A stretch of DNA of 50,786 nt, the filler included, from Bipalium vagum (Eukaryota): the NCBI GenBank assembly GCA_037834085.1. It is 3 parts of 3 records of this genome, joined end to end, with 100 filler letters (N's around TTAATTAATTAA, not from the genome) between each part and the next. Parts side by side here need not be neighbours in the genome. Positions count along the whole stretch, not along the records: positions 1 to 18,360 come from JBBMKC010031600.1; 2 more parts are not named here. One strand, 5' to 3'. The notes under the pieces are model-generated. The model was given only the letters and a program-made list of their open reading frames with translations. It was not told the DNA's origin and made no database searches. This document shows, piece after piece, positions 1-11,839 of this stretch; the stretch's first letter is position 1; each line of letters starts with the position of its first letter. Position numbers and translations under genes: made by a program.

Positions 1-957
1 GTGCGAGCTCAATAGATAAGCCCATAGCAACCTTAGTTAAGGTCAGATACGCTAGGGGGCAGGTTTGCGCCAACACATATAATATTACCCAAATTACCAT
101 ATTATTCATGTATTTTAAAATTAAATTTTAAATTTTAAAAATGTAAGTAAATTGATTTAAATAGTTATTTTAAACAAAAGTTTTTCAGGCACCTCAACTA
201 TAATAAATCCAAAATACTTCTTGGTTAATTTAGTTTGCTAACTGAAAGTTTTTCTTGTCTATTTCTATTGCTATTTTTATTATTCTTTCAATTCCTATTA
301 TAAATTTTTATTATTATTTATATTCAGTAATCTTTTATTGTCTTATTATAAATTTCCTTTATTTTCCAATTTTTGTCTAATATTTCATGTTTTTAATTAA
401 TTCATTATTTCATTCATTTTTATATACATAATAATAATTTACATACTATTCATTAATTATAACTTACATACTAATATAATTTTGCATATTATTCATTAAT
501 TGTTAAACATGATAATTTTCGTACTATTATTATTTAATATTAATATATTATCATTTTATTATTTATGTTTCAATCAAGAACGATTTACATATCTAATACA
601 TTTTTTTTTAAAACTTATTACAATACACATAAAGTTCACATTAAAATATTATTGTTATTTGATAATAAACATATATACAATCAGATTCAGAAGAATCACA
701 GTAATTTATTTGGATCAATGTTTTAGTTAGTTTGTGGTTGTTGGGCGAATTGGGATTGTTGTTTTTGCTGTTGACCTTGATCTTGGGGTCTCCACAATTA
801 TAATAAAATAATAATTATAAAGTGCAAAGTTAATTATAATAATAATAAAATATTTTTTTTACTTAATGATCCAATCTTGACAATGGCGAATATCGATTTG
901 CCAAGATTAGATCAGGGTCAGCAATTAGGGATCGATTTAGGTTTCAGTGCCTAAGAA

Positions 958-1062
958 GGGAACTGATATATCCCATTAAGAATACTGGTCTACGACTGAG
1001 TAGTCGTCTGTTCAGTGTAAAAGGCACTGGAATACTCAATGGATGGCCATAAAATTAGAGTT
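958..1062 (-). ncRNA. U5 snRNA-like sequence (divergent gene or pseudogene), candidate
   Basis: The minus strand reads CAGU-GCCUUUUAC-ACUG (1029..1013), the invariant U5 loop-1 nonamer closed by a 4-bp stem. It is followed by a degenerate U-rich segment (AGUAUUCUUAAUG) and a 3' hairpin GGGA...UCCC, about 105 nt in total. The Sm site and the IL2 CCG are not canonical. Confidence 0.35.
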
Positions 1063-1585
1063 AGTAAACTTTTGTAAAGTATTTTTTGAAAGTCACAGCT
1101 AGTCTACTGTTAATTATTTTCTTAAAATTTTTTTTTATAAATTCATAATAAATGAGAATTATTTTATTGAATACAAATTTAAAATTAAAATAATTTTCAG
1201 ATAAAATTAATTTTTTCATATTATACAACTTAAAATTTTATTATACTATTTGGAAATAAGTTTATACGTTGCTTATCTTTTAATTTTGGTTGACATTCAA
1301 TATAACGTTGAGAAATGAGAGCTGAAAGTACGTTTTGTTAATGCTTATTTGTTTAAAATATATATTAAATTAAAGGCATTAAATAATATTACTTTTTATA
1401 AAATAAATATTAAAATAGTAAGAAGTTTGGGTAAATATTAAACATATTTGTTTAAATAATGAGTTCTGATAAATTTTAAAAACGAAAATTTTAACATGCT
1501 CCTAAAAAAATTAACTTAAAGCTGTTAATTTGTTTAAATTTTAAAATATTTAGCTATTTAATGTAATTAATTCTAATTTTAAAAC

Positions 1586-2460
1586 ATGAAATTCAATAGA
1601 GCTAAGAAGGCGTCAAAAATTTTTGAAAATTACACCAGAGATTTTAATACTGATAAAAATTTAAGAGTGTTAGTAGACATTGGTTTTGCTAAAGATTGTT
1701 CTATTATCAAACTGAATATTGCTGAAAAGATAAACAGCCTCTTAGACGTGAATGCCTCTTTGTATACAACATCATGTTTGCTAAAAGAATGTGAATTAAT
1801 GGGGCATGTTTTGGAAAAAACATATGAAGTTATGAAGAATTTTAAATTGCTGAAATGTAATCATAAATACAAACCAGAAGTAGGCGCCATGAAATGTGTT
1901 TCTCGATATTTGGACCTATGGTCAGGTATTAAGAAAAATAACAATGTCAAAGCAGAAGACCATTGTCACATTGGTGAAATGCGATTTTGGAGCTTGGCAA
2001 CTTCTGACAAAGATCTGATTAAAATTGGCCAGGATACTAGTGGTCTGCCATTATTTTATTTTTCCCATAGCTGTATACAATTGTTGCCTTATGGGCGATC
2101 TTCGATAGAATATCTGAAAACACGTGAAATGAACGAACTGAAAAACATTGTAAGCTTCATAACAAGAAATAAAATTTTATTGATTTTCAGAAAGATGCAT
2201 CAAAAATATCTCTGGGAAAGTTCGGCCTGGACCAGTCAGAAGTGATTAAGAAGCGAAAGAAACGAAATCCAAATCCTTTATCGATCAAAAAATCATCGAA
2301 GCTGAAACTGGAGAATCATGTTAAGACCGGAATTAGAAAGAAGCAAATGAAGGTAAGTGACTCAGTGAAAATAGCGATCAACAAAGTAAGAGAGGAAAAT
2401 GGACTGAGACCGTTACTGGGAGTCGAATTTCCGAAATTCATTCATTACTACGCAGAGTGA
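1586..2460 (+). CDS. UTP23: rRNA-processing protein UTP23 (PIN domain, SSU processome); exons 1586-2149 and 2191-2460, 277 aa
   Basis: PIN-like motifs VLVD, TTSCLLKECELMG, CNH, ATSDKDL, GLPLFY. A 41-nt intron GTAAGC...TTTTCAG (2150-2190) joins in frame to KKRKKRNPNPLSIKK, the UTP23 C-terminal PNPLS motif. Confidence 0.88.
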
Positions 2461-2867
2461 TTTTTTAAATAAATGTGAGAAATTTTTACTTGTTCTTTGT
2501 CTTGTAATGTCTATGGAATAAGGAAGTTTTGTAAAAAAAATAATTCTTTAATGTTGAAAAGATATTTTGAATGATATTTGTATCATATAATTAAAACTTG
2601 AAGAAATATCTATATAAACAAAGAGAAGAAATTGTTTAGACTTTATTATATCCCTGTATCTCAAAAGTTCTTTATTAAATCATTTATATATAATCGTCAA
2701 TTCTAAAATTGAAAACTGATTTTTATAATTTAAAATTAATAGTTTTTTGTACTTTAGGAAGATGTTTTAAGAATTTCGGAAAATTATATTTATAGTTTCT
2801 CATAACTTTGTAGATTTATACAAGTCTTTTTAAAAACCGGCATTATTTAAATAAAAAATATATATAT

Positions 2868-3016
2868 AAAGTCTGAGTACACCTATAAAAATCATGAATT
2901 TTAAACATTTATTATTATTTTAGTAAAAAATCAATCTGCCAGAAAATCGATTATTATTATCAATGAAATCTAAAGAATTCATTTTTATAGGTGTACTCAG
3001 ACTTTTGCACGGGGTG
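2868..3016. mobile_element. Tc1/mariner-type MITE, left end truncated
   Basis: Perfect 25-bp inverted repeat AAAGTCTGAGTACACCTATAAAAAT (2868-2892 vs 2981-3005). The right arm continues to ...TGCACGGGGTG followed by TA, a Tc1-like terminus. Confidence 0.8.
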
Positions 3017-3202
3017 TATATAAATCAAAAAATCATTGAGGAATTCTTCACCAGAAATAAAAACATTTTTATGAATTGACAAAAATTAGTGAATAAGAAC
3101 TAACAAATGTGTTATTGTATATTTTTGGAAATTTACATACTTTGGAATCATTGATAAATGATTTAAAATTTATCAATTATGAATTTTCTGAAATTAAAAA
3201 TT

Positions 3203-6200
3203 TTAATTCATCTTTTTAGTGTTATCTAAAGATGACTTAATGGCTGTGATATCGTTGTCTGGTATATCGCTTAGGGCCATAAAAAAATCTTCATCTTCAT
3301 AATTGTCTAAAGTTTTTTGAACGTCAATGTCCTTATACCATTTACTGAGAGCTGCCAATAGGGTTTTCAATTTTGGATTTAACCAAACGACTTTCAGAGC
3401 AAGAACAACAAACGTTATATCTTTAAATGAATAAAGGACAACAGTAAATTTATAATACAGGTGGGAGACATTTGGATATTTTGTTGTCAATGCAAATATA
3501 TTAACTGCTATATTTACTGCAGTTATCCAAATAATTACCTTCAAAATATAATCTAAGCGCCGAATATCTCTATAAGAAATTTCATTTCTTCTACCTTAAT
3601 AAGAATAAAATTTTTATTTTATTTTTTGAAATAGAAATATTATTTTACATGTTTAATTGTACATTTTTATAATTATATTAATTTTTCCCATTAAAGATGA
3701 AAATTAAAATAAATAATTTTAATAAATAAATTGTTTAGTACTTCTATAATATTTATATTAATTTCGAAAAATATGTACAGTTATGTTCATACATTTAAGT
3801 CATAAACTTAATTTAAACTTCATCTTCACTTATATTTAATCTATGAAAAACTTAGGTATGTTATATAAAAATTTGTCACAGAATACATATCTACGAATCA
3901 AATTCCATACAATCTATGCAAAAAAAATTACGTAGAAAATTGTGTTTAGCTAAGTCATTTAAAACGCTGGTCATATAATTATGTCACCAACAAAAGTAAT
4001 GTATATTAACTAATTTTTAAGAACAATGTGAAACGTTAAACTTTTCCCAAAATTAGTATTTTTTTGAAAACCTTTTTGTTTTATTATTTCCTTACATCTG
4101 TCATTCATTTTGGACACAAGAGCGTCACATTCGGTTAAGCTAATATTATTCCATTCTCATTGAATAAAATCCAACTTTTTGTTTGTTTTGGTTTTCTATT
4201 TTTTTAAAAACCTTTTTAACAATCACCTAAATATTTTTCAATTGAATTTAAATCCGGGCTTTATAGAGGCCACTTTAAGACTTGAATTCTTTCACCTTCT
4301 AACCAATTTTTAATAAGCTTTGATGCATGTTTTGCTTCGTTATCAAGTTGGGGAATCCATTGACATATTGCCTCTGAAATCCCTATTTTTTATTCCGCAA
4401 TAAGTTTTTATATATTCATTAGTGATGCTGCCTTTCCTTGATAATAGGACAAACACCAGATGAGGTAAAACAACTCCACACTATGACAGATGATCCTCCG
4501 TGTTTTAAAGTCTTTTTGGAGTATTTTGGCGAATATTCTTGAAATGGAAAACGTCTAAAAAATGGTTTTTCATCATTTCTGAAAAGATTTAACTTATTCT
4601 CATCACTCCAAACAATTTTATTCCAAAATATCTCATCTTTATTTATATGATCTTTTGCAAATTGTAATCTTTCTGATTTTAACTTTAGACAAATGGTTTT
4701 ATTTAATTAATTAATTTTTTTGAAGTCGTCTTCTAACAGTTCTTGAGAACATTTTTATATCCTTATCAGTTTTCATTTATAATTTAACCTCTGCTAAACT
4801 CAAAATGGATCATTTTGACTAATTCTGACTATAATTCGATCTACTCTAATAGTGGTTTTCCGTGGTTTCGTTTCTTTGTAAGTTATTAAAAGTTCCATGC
4901 TTCTTGTGATGTTGAATAGCATTTTTTTTCACAAGAAAAACTAGTTCTTTTGGATGTATCAGCAATATTATCTTTTTCGCAAAGATTTACGATTAATCGT
5001 CTTTCTTCTGTTGATTTCTTCCCATCTCTAAATTAATTTCACTACTAATGAAAAAAATTGTTATATAAAAGTTAGATAATCATTAAATACAAATTTAAAA
5101 CAGAAATGACTTAATTGTGTGATCAACCTCATGATAAGAATTATTAAAAATTTTACCAAATTTTCAATGTTATTGCTTTAAACAAAAGTTTATATTTGAA
5201 ATATAATCTTCAGATTTAAAGTAACAACATATTATAAAATTTCAATTATATTTCTTGACTTAACTTTTATTATTTTTGCATAAATACAATTTTTCAAAGA
5301 GTAACTTAATTGTATGACCATAATTGTGTGACCATAATCTTAAAGTTTGATGATATCCCTTGATTCTGTACTATAACAGTTTTTGATTGAAATATAATAT
5401 AATATATATACATAATATTAGTATATATAAATCTCAAACTTTTATAAAACTGACGTAAATGTATGAAATGAAACTCAAAGACACTGATTAAAAAATTGTT
5501 CAAATTTATTTTTATGGACAATTAATCGGATAATGACCAAAAATTGAAAATTCAACAATTAATTCATAAATTAAATTATAAGTGAAATAATAAAAATTAA
5601 TTAATTAATTTATGAAATAAAGTAAAAGGTTCAAATTTCAAGTTAATCAAAATGAAGTATTTAAAAAACCTTTTTCAAATTTATCAATTTCACTCAATTT
5701 TTGCAAAAAGATAATTTTTTTCTAACAAGAAACCAAATTATCACAATAATAAGTAAAATTAAAATTTATTTTTTTACTGGCTTCAAAGATGGAAATAAAA
5801 TCTCGTATTGATAATTCTTAGTTGCACATTAAGAAAATTCAAAAAATCTAAATAAAAAACAGGAAAAAATGCAAAAATTGATAATATATATCTTTAAATC
5901 GAAAATAATATTTATCAAACGCAGTGACAGTTAACATGCATTATAAATTGTATTGGACTTTGCACTTAGACTTTAAATAAGCGATCAATCATCTCTATAC
6001 ATTGTCCTACAAGGATTTATTAGACGATCATCCATACTTGTACTTTGCTGCCAAAGTTCTATTAGACTATCTCAAAAATGATATTATTATTATTTATTTT
6101 GAGATAATTAAATGAAAAGGTAAAAAAGATTTTCCCAATGCGAAATACAATCTTGATAATTCATTATTTAAGAATATAAGAGCTGATTATTTTATTTTTA

Positions 6201-8872
6201 AATTAATTTTTATTATATTTTAAATATGAATAAATTCTAATGTAATAATAATTTTTAATATTTTTTCACTATTGTTTTTATCATATGAGTAAATTTTATA
6301 AATTTTTTTCCTATTTCAAATTAGTAACTATTTTTAAATATTCATAAAACCATGGATCTCTTACAAAAATAAATGAGTTAAAATAATTCTTTAAAATATT
6401 TACTAATTTTTTGAATTTTATCCATAAAATGTTGAAAAATTATACAATTTGGCAAGGGAACACAGAATGGAATTCTGAACAATGGAGTTTTTTTTTTGGA
6501 CAGATGAGTCACACTTCACACATGATTTCAAAGACGTTCGAATCAGAGTAAGGATCTTGAAAAATGAGAGATGTGTACATTGCTGTATTAAAAATCATGT
6601 TCGGCCTCATTGTAGAAGCGTCATGATCTTGTGCAGTATATGGTGGGAGAGCCGAACAGCTCCAGTTATTATTGATGATTCATTAACTATTGTACAATAT
6701 CTTAATGAAATTATCAAGCAGCAATTTATTTCAAGTACTTTAAAAAAGAATTTTGTGCTGTAGCATGATAATTCAAGACTGCATTTTGCAAAAATAATGA
6801 ATGATGATTTGTTTGCCAGAAATTTACCAGTTCTTTCATGGCTAGGACGATCTTTTGATATGTCATTTATCGAACATGCTTGGGATGATTTTGATCGATG
6901 TATCAGACAAAATTATAATCACGTGGCAACTTAAAAAGAAAAAATGACCAAAAGATCAATAAGAAATGATACCACAGGAAAATTTTCAAAAAAAAATAAG
7001 TATGGTAAGAAGACTACAGGAATATATTGAAAAAAGATAAGCCATAGTAGTTAATAATTATCAAATAAAAAAAATTTTCCATTAAAATAAAATATACTTG
7101 TATAATAATAATTTTTTTTATTCTATTCATCGATTGAATTAAGTATAAATGTAATTCAATGTTTTAGCAATAATGAATAACAAACTATCAACTGAAGAAA
7201 GAATTAAAGCCGTAAAATACTTTTACAAGTGTGGCAATTAGAGTAAATCGGCAAAGCAATTAACTGCAGAATCCAAGAAAGAGACTATTCAGCCGTCAAC
7301 AATTCAGAGACTCATAAGAAGTTTGAAAAGAGTGGCTCAGTAAATGACCTTCTCTGATAAGTGATCCTAATATCCAAGCTGCCGTGTTGAGAGAGGTTTT
7401 AATGCTACTCCAACTTCTTCGAATAGCAGAATATCTCGTCAGTTGGATGGTTCTGTGATAAAATTTCTTACAAAAGTATCTATCGTTGTCTGAGAGGTAA
7501 TGGCTTAAAACCATACATTCCGAGATTATAACAAGTGGGTACCTTCAAGGCTGCAGAAATGTGTTGAAAACAATGGTCATCACTTCTAAAACTAATTTAC
7601 TATTCAAACTTAACTGAAATGATGTTTTTGTTGTGATGGAATAAAAATTAATATTATACAAGTCTATTTTATTTTAATTTAGAATTTTGCGTTACTTTTG
7701 TTAGACCCTGTATAATTACTTTGTTGAAATCTCGTTTAATAATGTTGTACTTTTTTGTGGATAAATATATATCATCTCAATATTCAAAAGAATCTGCCCA
7801 ATTATGTATTAGTAATTAATAATTATAATTTATAAATCTTACCGACAATGTCATATTCAACTCTGAAAATGGTGCTGTGGAATTTTTTGTGCTGTACATT
7901 TTCTAATGATTTCGTTATATTTACACGCATGTAAATCATTGAGAAGAACCCCGAGAAACTGATATAAACGTACAAAAACTGTACAGGAGATGACATCGGT
8001 TCATCTTTGCACTGAAATGTTCTTCCATTACTGAACGTTACATCGAGTATCAAGCCGATAACAATAAGAATGACAGGACTCATAAACATAATATGTTGAA
8101 GTGCCGACTTAATTATCCTTAATTGCGTATGAAAATAGTTGACAATTGCATAAAGGTAAAAACATTGTACAAACATACTGCAAATGGTAAAATATTCTCC
8201 ATACATGGAAAATATAACTATCAACATACAAAGGTGATATATAAAATAGCTGGAATTGAGCATAGCCAATATTATACCAGTGAGTGTTGATATTGACTTA
8301 AAAATAAACATAAAAATAATAATTTTCCATTGAAATTCTCGACTTATTTCGTTAAATTCATATAGTTTGAATGTGCTTGTCATAAATATCAATAACAGTA
8401 ATGGTAGTAATGTTTTGTAGATGATGTTGGTGAAGTAGTTTCGAAATAGAAAGATGTTTCCATTACAATTCTTAAACAGTTCTTCCGGTTTCAAATTCCA
8501 AGTTCCGTTGAAGCATCTCATTTCCGTTTTCAAAAAATAAAACGGACATTGAACAAATGTTGTTGTCGTCAAATTACTTTCTAATGTTATACATGACAAA
8601 TACCACCACTTTCTTGGACAATTGTATGAATTCTTTATCAGAAGACATGTTTCTCTTTCTTCTTGGAAAAACAATTCAAAAGTATTTACAATGGTTTTTT
8701 CGTCAAAACTTCTTGGTAACAATGAGTACATTAATTTTGTTGAAAAGATCAATATTGTATTGATCATTATTGATACATGTATAATGAATGCGTTTAAATG
8801 AAAAATGTTTGATAAACTTTCATATTCATATTTGATGAGAAGAAATTTTTTAATATTTCTTATCAAATTCAT
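3203..8872 (-). CDS. Divergent class B (secretin-family) GPCR; proposed exons 8872-7925, 7902-7843, 7793-7720, 3569-3203, about 482 aa
   Basis: Six-Cys hormone-receptor-like ectodomain (C..CPRKWWYLSC..CP..RCFNGTW..C). TM3 SMFVQCFYLY resembles WLLVEGLYLH, and TM4 has a Pro. The 3203-3544 ORF supplies TM6/7 with SFKD (~SFQG) and WLNPKLK (~FLNxEV). Exon 7793-7720 ends in phase 2, matching the acceptor at 3570. The exon 1/2 junction is inferred. Confidence 0.75.
3778..5326 (-). mobile_element. Full-length but degenerate Tc1 (DD34E) element inside the GPCR intron
   Basis: Imperfect TIRs CAGTTATGTTCATACATTTAAGTCAT and reverse complement CAATTATGGTCATACAATTAAGTTAC. Minus-strand relics WNKIVWSDE and DNEAKH...WPL*SPDLNSIE, with 34 residues between D and E. 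Stops and frameshifts present. Confidence 0.85.
6440..7050 (+). mobile_element. Tc1-family transposase relic
   Basis: FWTDESHF, RSVMILCSIWW, HDNSRLH, W...SFDMSFIEHAWD, interrupted by stops. Confidence 0.75.
7170..7710 (+). mobile_element. Internally deleted ITm element (DD41D/rosa-like N-terminus)
   Basis: MNNKLSTEERIKAVKYFYKCG start and NGHHF end. Right terminus ...GTTACTTTTGTTAGACCCTG-TA lies about 8 nt from the GPCR splice donor at 7719. Confidence 0.6.
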
Positions 8873-9366
8873 TACTGAATGTCAAATATTACAGAAATGT
8901 TAGAAAATTATCTATTACTTTTACATTTCATGTACGCTAAAGATATAATTGAAAATTAAATCTTAAAGTAGATAAATTAATAAATAATTTTTAGTTAGGT
9001 AGAGAAAATATCAAAATCAAAATAAATAGTAAAATTAGTAAAATAAATTAAAAATATTTACAAAGTAAAGTAATTGATTTTCTAATTTTAAAGAATAGAT
9101 TTTGTGTGAAAATTGGTGTATTAAGTTTACCACATGTCTTTAATTAAATTGTAAAATAATCTTAAAAATAGGTTAAATAGATTCTAGGTTAAATTGTTAT
9201 TCTGCTTTTGAATTACGTGTGTATTGGAATTGTTGTTTAACTTTCAAAAGTTTAGATGAAATATTTTAAATCAAACCTATATTATCACTTATTATAAAAA
9301 AAAGAAATGACTGGTGAAACACCTATTCATGGAATTGGAAAATTCAAACAAAGTAATTAAATTAAG

Positions 9367-9370
<4 letters not shown>

Positions 9371-9435
<65 letters not shown>
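9371..9435. repeat. (TTA)n microsatellite
   Basis: Pure trinucleotide run; it produces the spurious poly-Leu ORF 9314-9499. Confidence 0.97.
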
Positions 9436-9438
<3 letters not shown>

Positions 9439-10360
9439 ACTAGTTCAATTTTGTATATATTTAAAAGCAAAAAGATATTTAATCATTTTCCAAAATTAAT
9501 CTATTAAAAATTTGGAACAGATAATAATGAAAGTATTGAAGCAATATTTAATGAAAATAAAATGGGAGTACACAAAAATGTAGAGAAAAATTTTATGATT
9601 TAAAAAATTCATTAAAACTCTTTTATAAAATCTGATAAGCATTAATATGAAAAGGATAAAATAATTATTAAGTTAATATTATAAAAGAATAATTGAATAT
9701 AATGTAATTATAATTTAATCATGGAGTCATAAAAATATAACGAAATGCAATAAGTGGATTTATAATTTAGATGGAAAAAAAATTTTAAATTCACAATTCA
9801 TAAATTAAAATATATAAATTAATTGCAGATACTAAAATAATTATAAATATGTTTTCAGAATCTAATCCAAATAATGTTGAATTAAATAATTTTTTTTACA
9901 ATCTGTGCAGAATAATTTGAAAAAATTCAGATTGTCTCAAGGGGTTCGGAAATTAATTTAAAGATAATTATGATTATTCAGATTTTTTCCGTTAAAAGAA
10001 TAAATTTTTTTTCAACGAAATGTATTCTTTTATTTTATTTTACTTATCAAATATAATTTACTAATAAAATGAATATAAAATTTTATAAAATGATTAAAAT
10101 GATTAAAAAAAGTTTCAGAATTTGATCATTAAAGAAAAAGTTTCTCGCGTTTCAAATCATATAAATATTTATGAATGAAATAAAATAATTATCAAAGAAA
10201 AACAATGGAATATTAACGTCAAAGTTCAAAATTTTTTTATATATTAATTTAGTTTTGGAGAGCTTTAAAAGAAAAAAGAAAATAATTATCACAATAAATA
10301 AATGTATACTATTGATTTTTTGAGGGAGTTGAATTTGATTTTTTGTAATAGAATGAATTT

Positions 10361-10825
10361 TGATAATATTTGACAATATGATACGCTTTATATTACTATG
10401 AAAACTTTTGTAACACTTAGCACGTTATTTTACTGATTCTTTCACTTATTTCAATAATATGTTCGAAATTATTTGAAATAAAAACATCACAATAAAACTT
10501 TATTTTGTCAACCCAAAGATACAAAAACACATCCGAAAATATTTACACACAATAATGAACAAATCGATTCCAATTTTCAAAATGTCACAAGCAATCAATA
10601 ACTATAAAATAAAATATAGAATCACATATAATAATAATCAATAAAATCATATCAAATGTAAACTGTTAATAAGTCGTAAAGTAAAAGAACAATAAAAATA
10701 ATGTTCCAAACTCTCACCGCTTTAGATGACGCTCATAAATGCCTTATCAGTGCAGAATCCATCGTTGGCTTTGGTCGTATAATGATAAGGGATATTAAAG
10801 AAATCCACATAGTGGATCAACCACA
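10361..10825 (-). repeat. Dispersed LTR-like repeat, copy 1 (homologous to 46182-46603)
   Basis: Colinear similarity to 46196-46543, e.g. AATATGATACGCTTTATATTACTATGAAAAC..GTAACACTTAG..CTTTCACTT vs AATATGATAGGCTATTATTTTACTATGAACAC..GTAACACTTAG..CTTTCACTT. Right end is ACCACA. Boundaries approximate. Confidence 0.6.
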
Positions 10826-11839
10826 ATTATTTCTATTTAATAATAATACTAAAGTAGAATTAATATGCGAAATCATAGGAATGATTTATAAAATTTGAAG
10901 ATTAAAATTTAAGTTGATTCAGCATCGAAAATTCTTTAAACATAATTAGATATTTTAAAATAAGTTCTAAGATTGAAGGCATAAAGATACTTTAACGAAT
11001 ATATCGAGAATTAAAAGAAAAACCAGGGATACTAACCAAAACATTCATTTGATTTATTTTTATTTTTAAAAATAATTTACTTTTTAAAAATATTTAACTG
11101 CTAAAAGCTGGTCATGATAATGTTTATCATTTAATTTAAAAATTTCTAATAAAAAACTACCAAAAAGAATCATATTTAAAAACTTTAATAAAATAACAGT
11201 TAAATCTGAACTGATTCTGATTAAATTGTTTTATTATTCTATATATTTAAAATTAGCTTAAAAATTGAAGTAACATTACAAAAATTTTCAACATCATTTC
11301 TTATAAAAATGAAAAAATAAGATCTAACTTTTATGTTACCATTCCCTTTAAATCTTGTTCTTAATTTAAACTGATACAAATATTATTTTGTTAATTGCAA
11401 TCTTTATCCACGAGTGTTATTTACACTTCCTTAGAGGAAGTTACTGAGTCCAAAAACAAAATTAGCCTTCATAATACTGAAAAAGAATTGAAATTATTTC
11501 ATTCTACAGTTCAATATGTAATAGAAAATTTTAAATCTAATGTAAATGAGATGAAATCAGGTAGACCAAAGTTACTATGAGACCGACAAGATATTGTTAA
11601 AAAACTGTTAAAATCCACAAATAAGTTCTTGCAAACTTGCAGAAGACATTGCTTCAACTTCAGGAACCATTCGAAAACGACTACATGACACCGATTATCA
11701 AGCACGAAACCATAGAAAAATCCTTTCATCATTAAAATAAGCCGACAGAAAACACTTGACTTTGCTAAAGCTCATATTGACAAGCCTTTGGAATTCTGTT
11801 ATAATGTTTTATTTACTGATGAAATTATTCAATATTTAA

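Noticed and set aside
500-730. Short hydrophobic I/L/F/Y/K/N-rich ORFs (e.g. 500-730, 5306-5521, 10152-10376, 18050-18235, 25472-25654, 27589-27852)
   Set aside because: Expected by chance in very AT-rich DNA, often with non-ATG starts, and with no motifs or splice support.
973-1042. Hammerhead-ribozyme-like three-way junction on the plus strand (GUC, stem, CUGUUCA, stem, GGAAUAC)
   Set aside because: The core deviates at essential positions (CUGUUCA vs CUGANGA, no GAAA) and stem III does not pair next to the GUC.
7720-7793. In-frame TGA (recoding/selenocysteine) if the GPCR exon is read in phase 1
   Set aside because: That reading ends in the wrong phase for the last exon, whereas frame 0 is fully open. 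TGA is also used as a normal stop in UTP23 and M13.
9314-9499. Poly-Leu ORF (and poly-Tyr ORF 18223-18408)
   Set aside because: Translations of (TTA)n microsatellites.
10701-10898. 65-aa ORF MFQTLTALDD...
   Set aside because: Overlaps the dispersed LTR-like repeat and has no recognisable motif.
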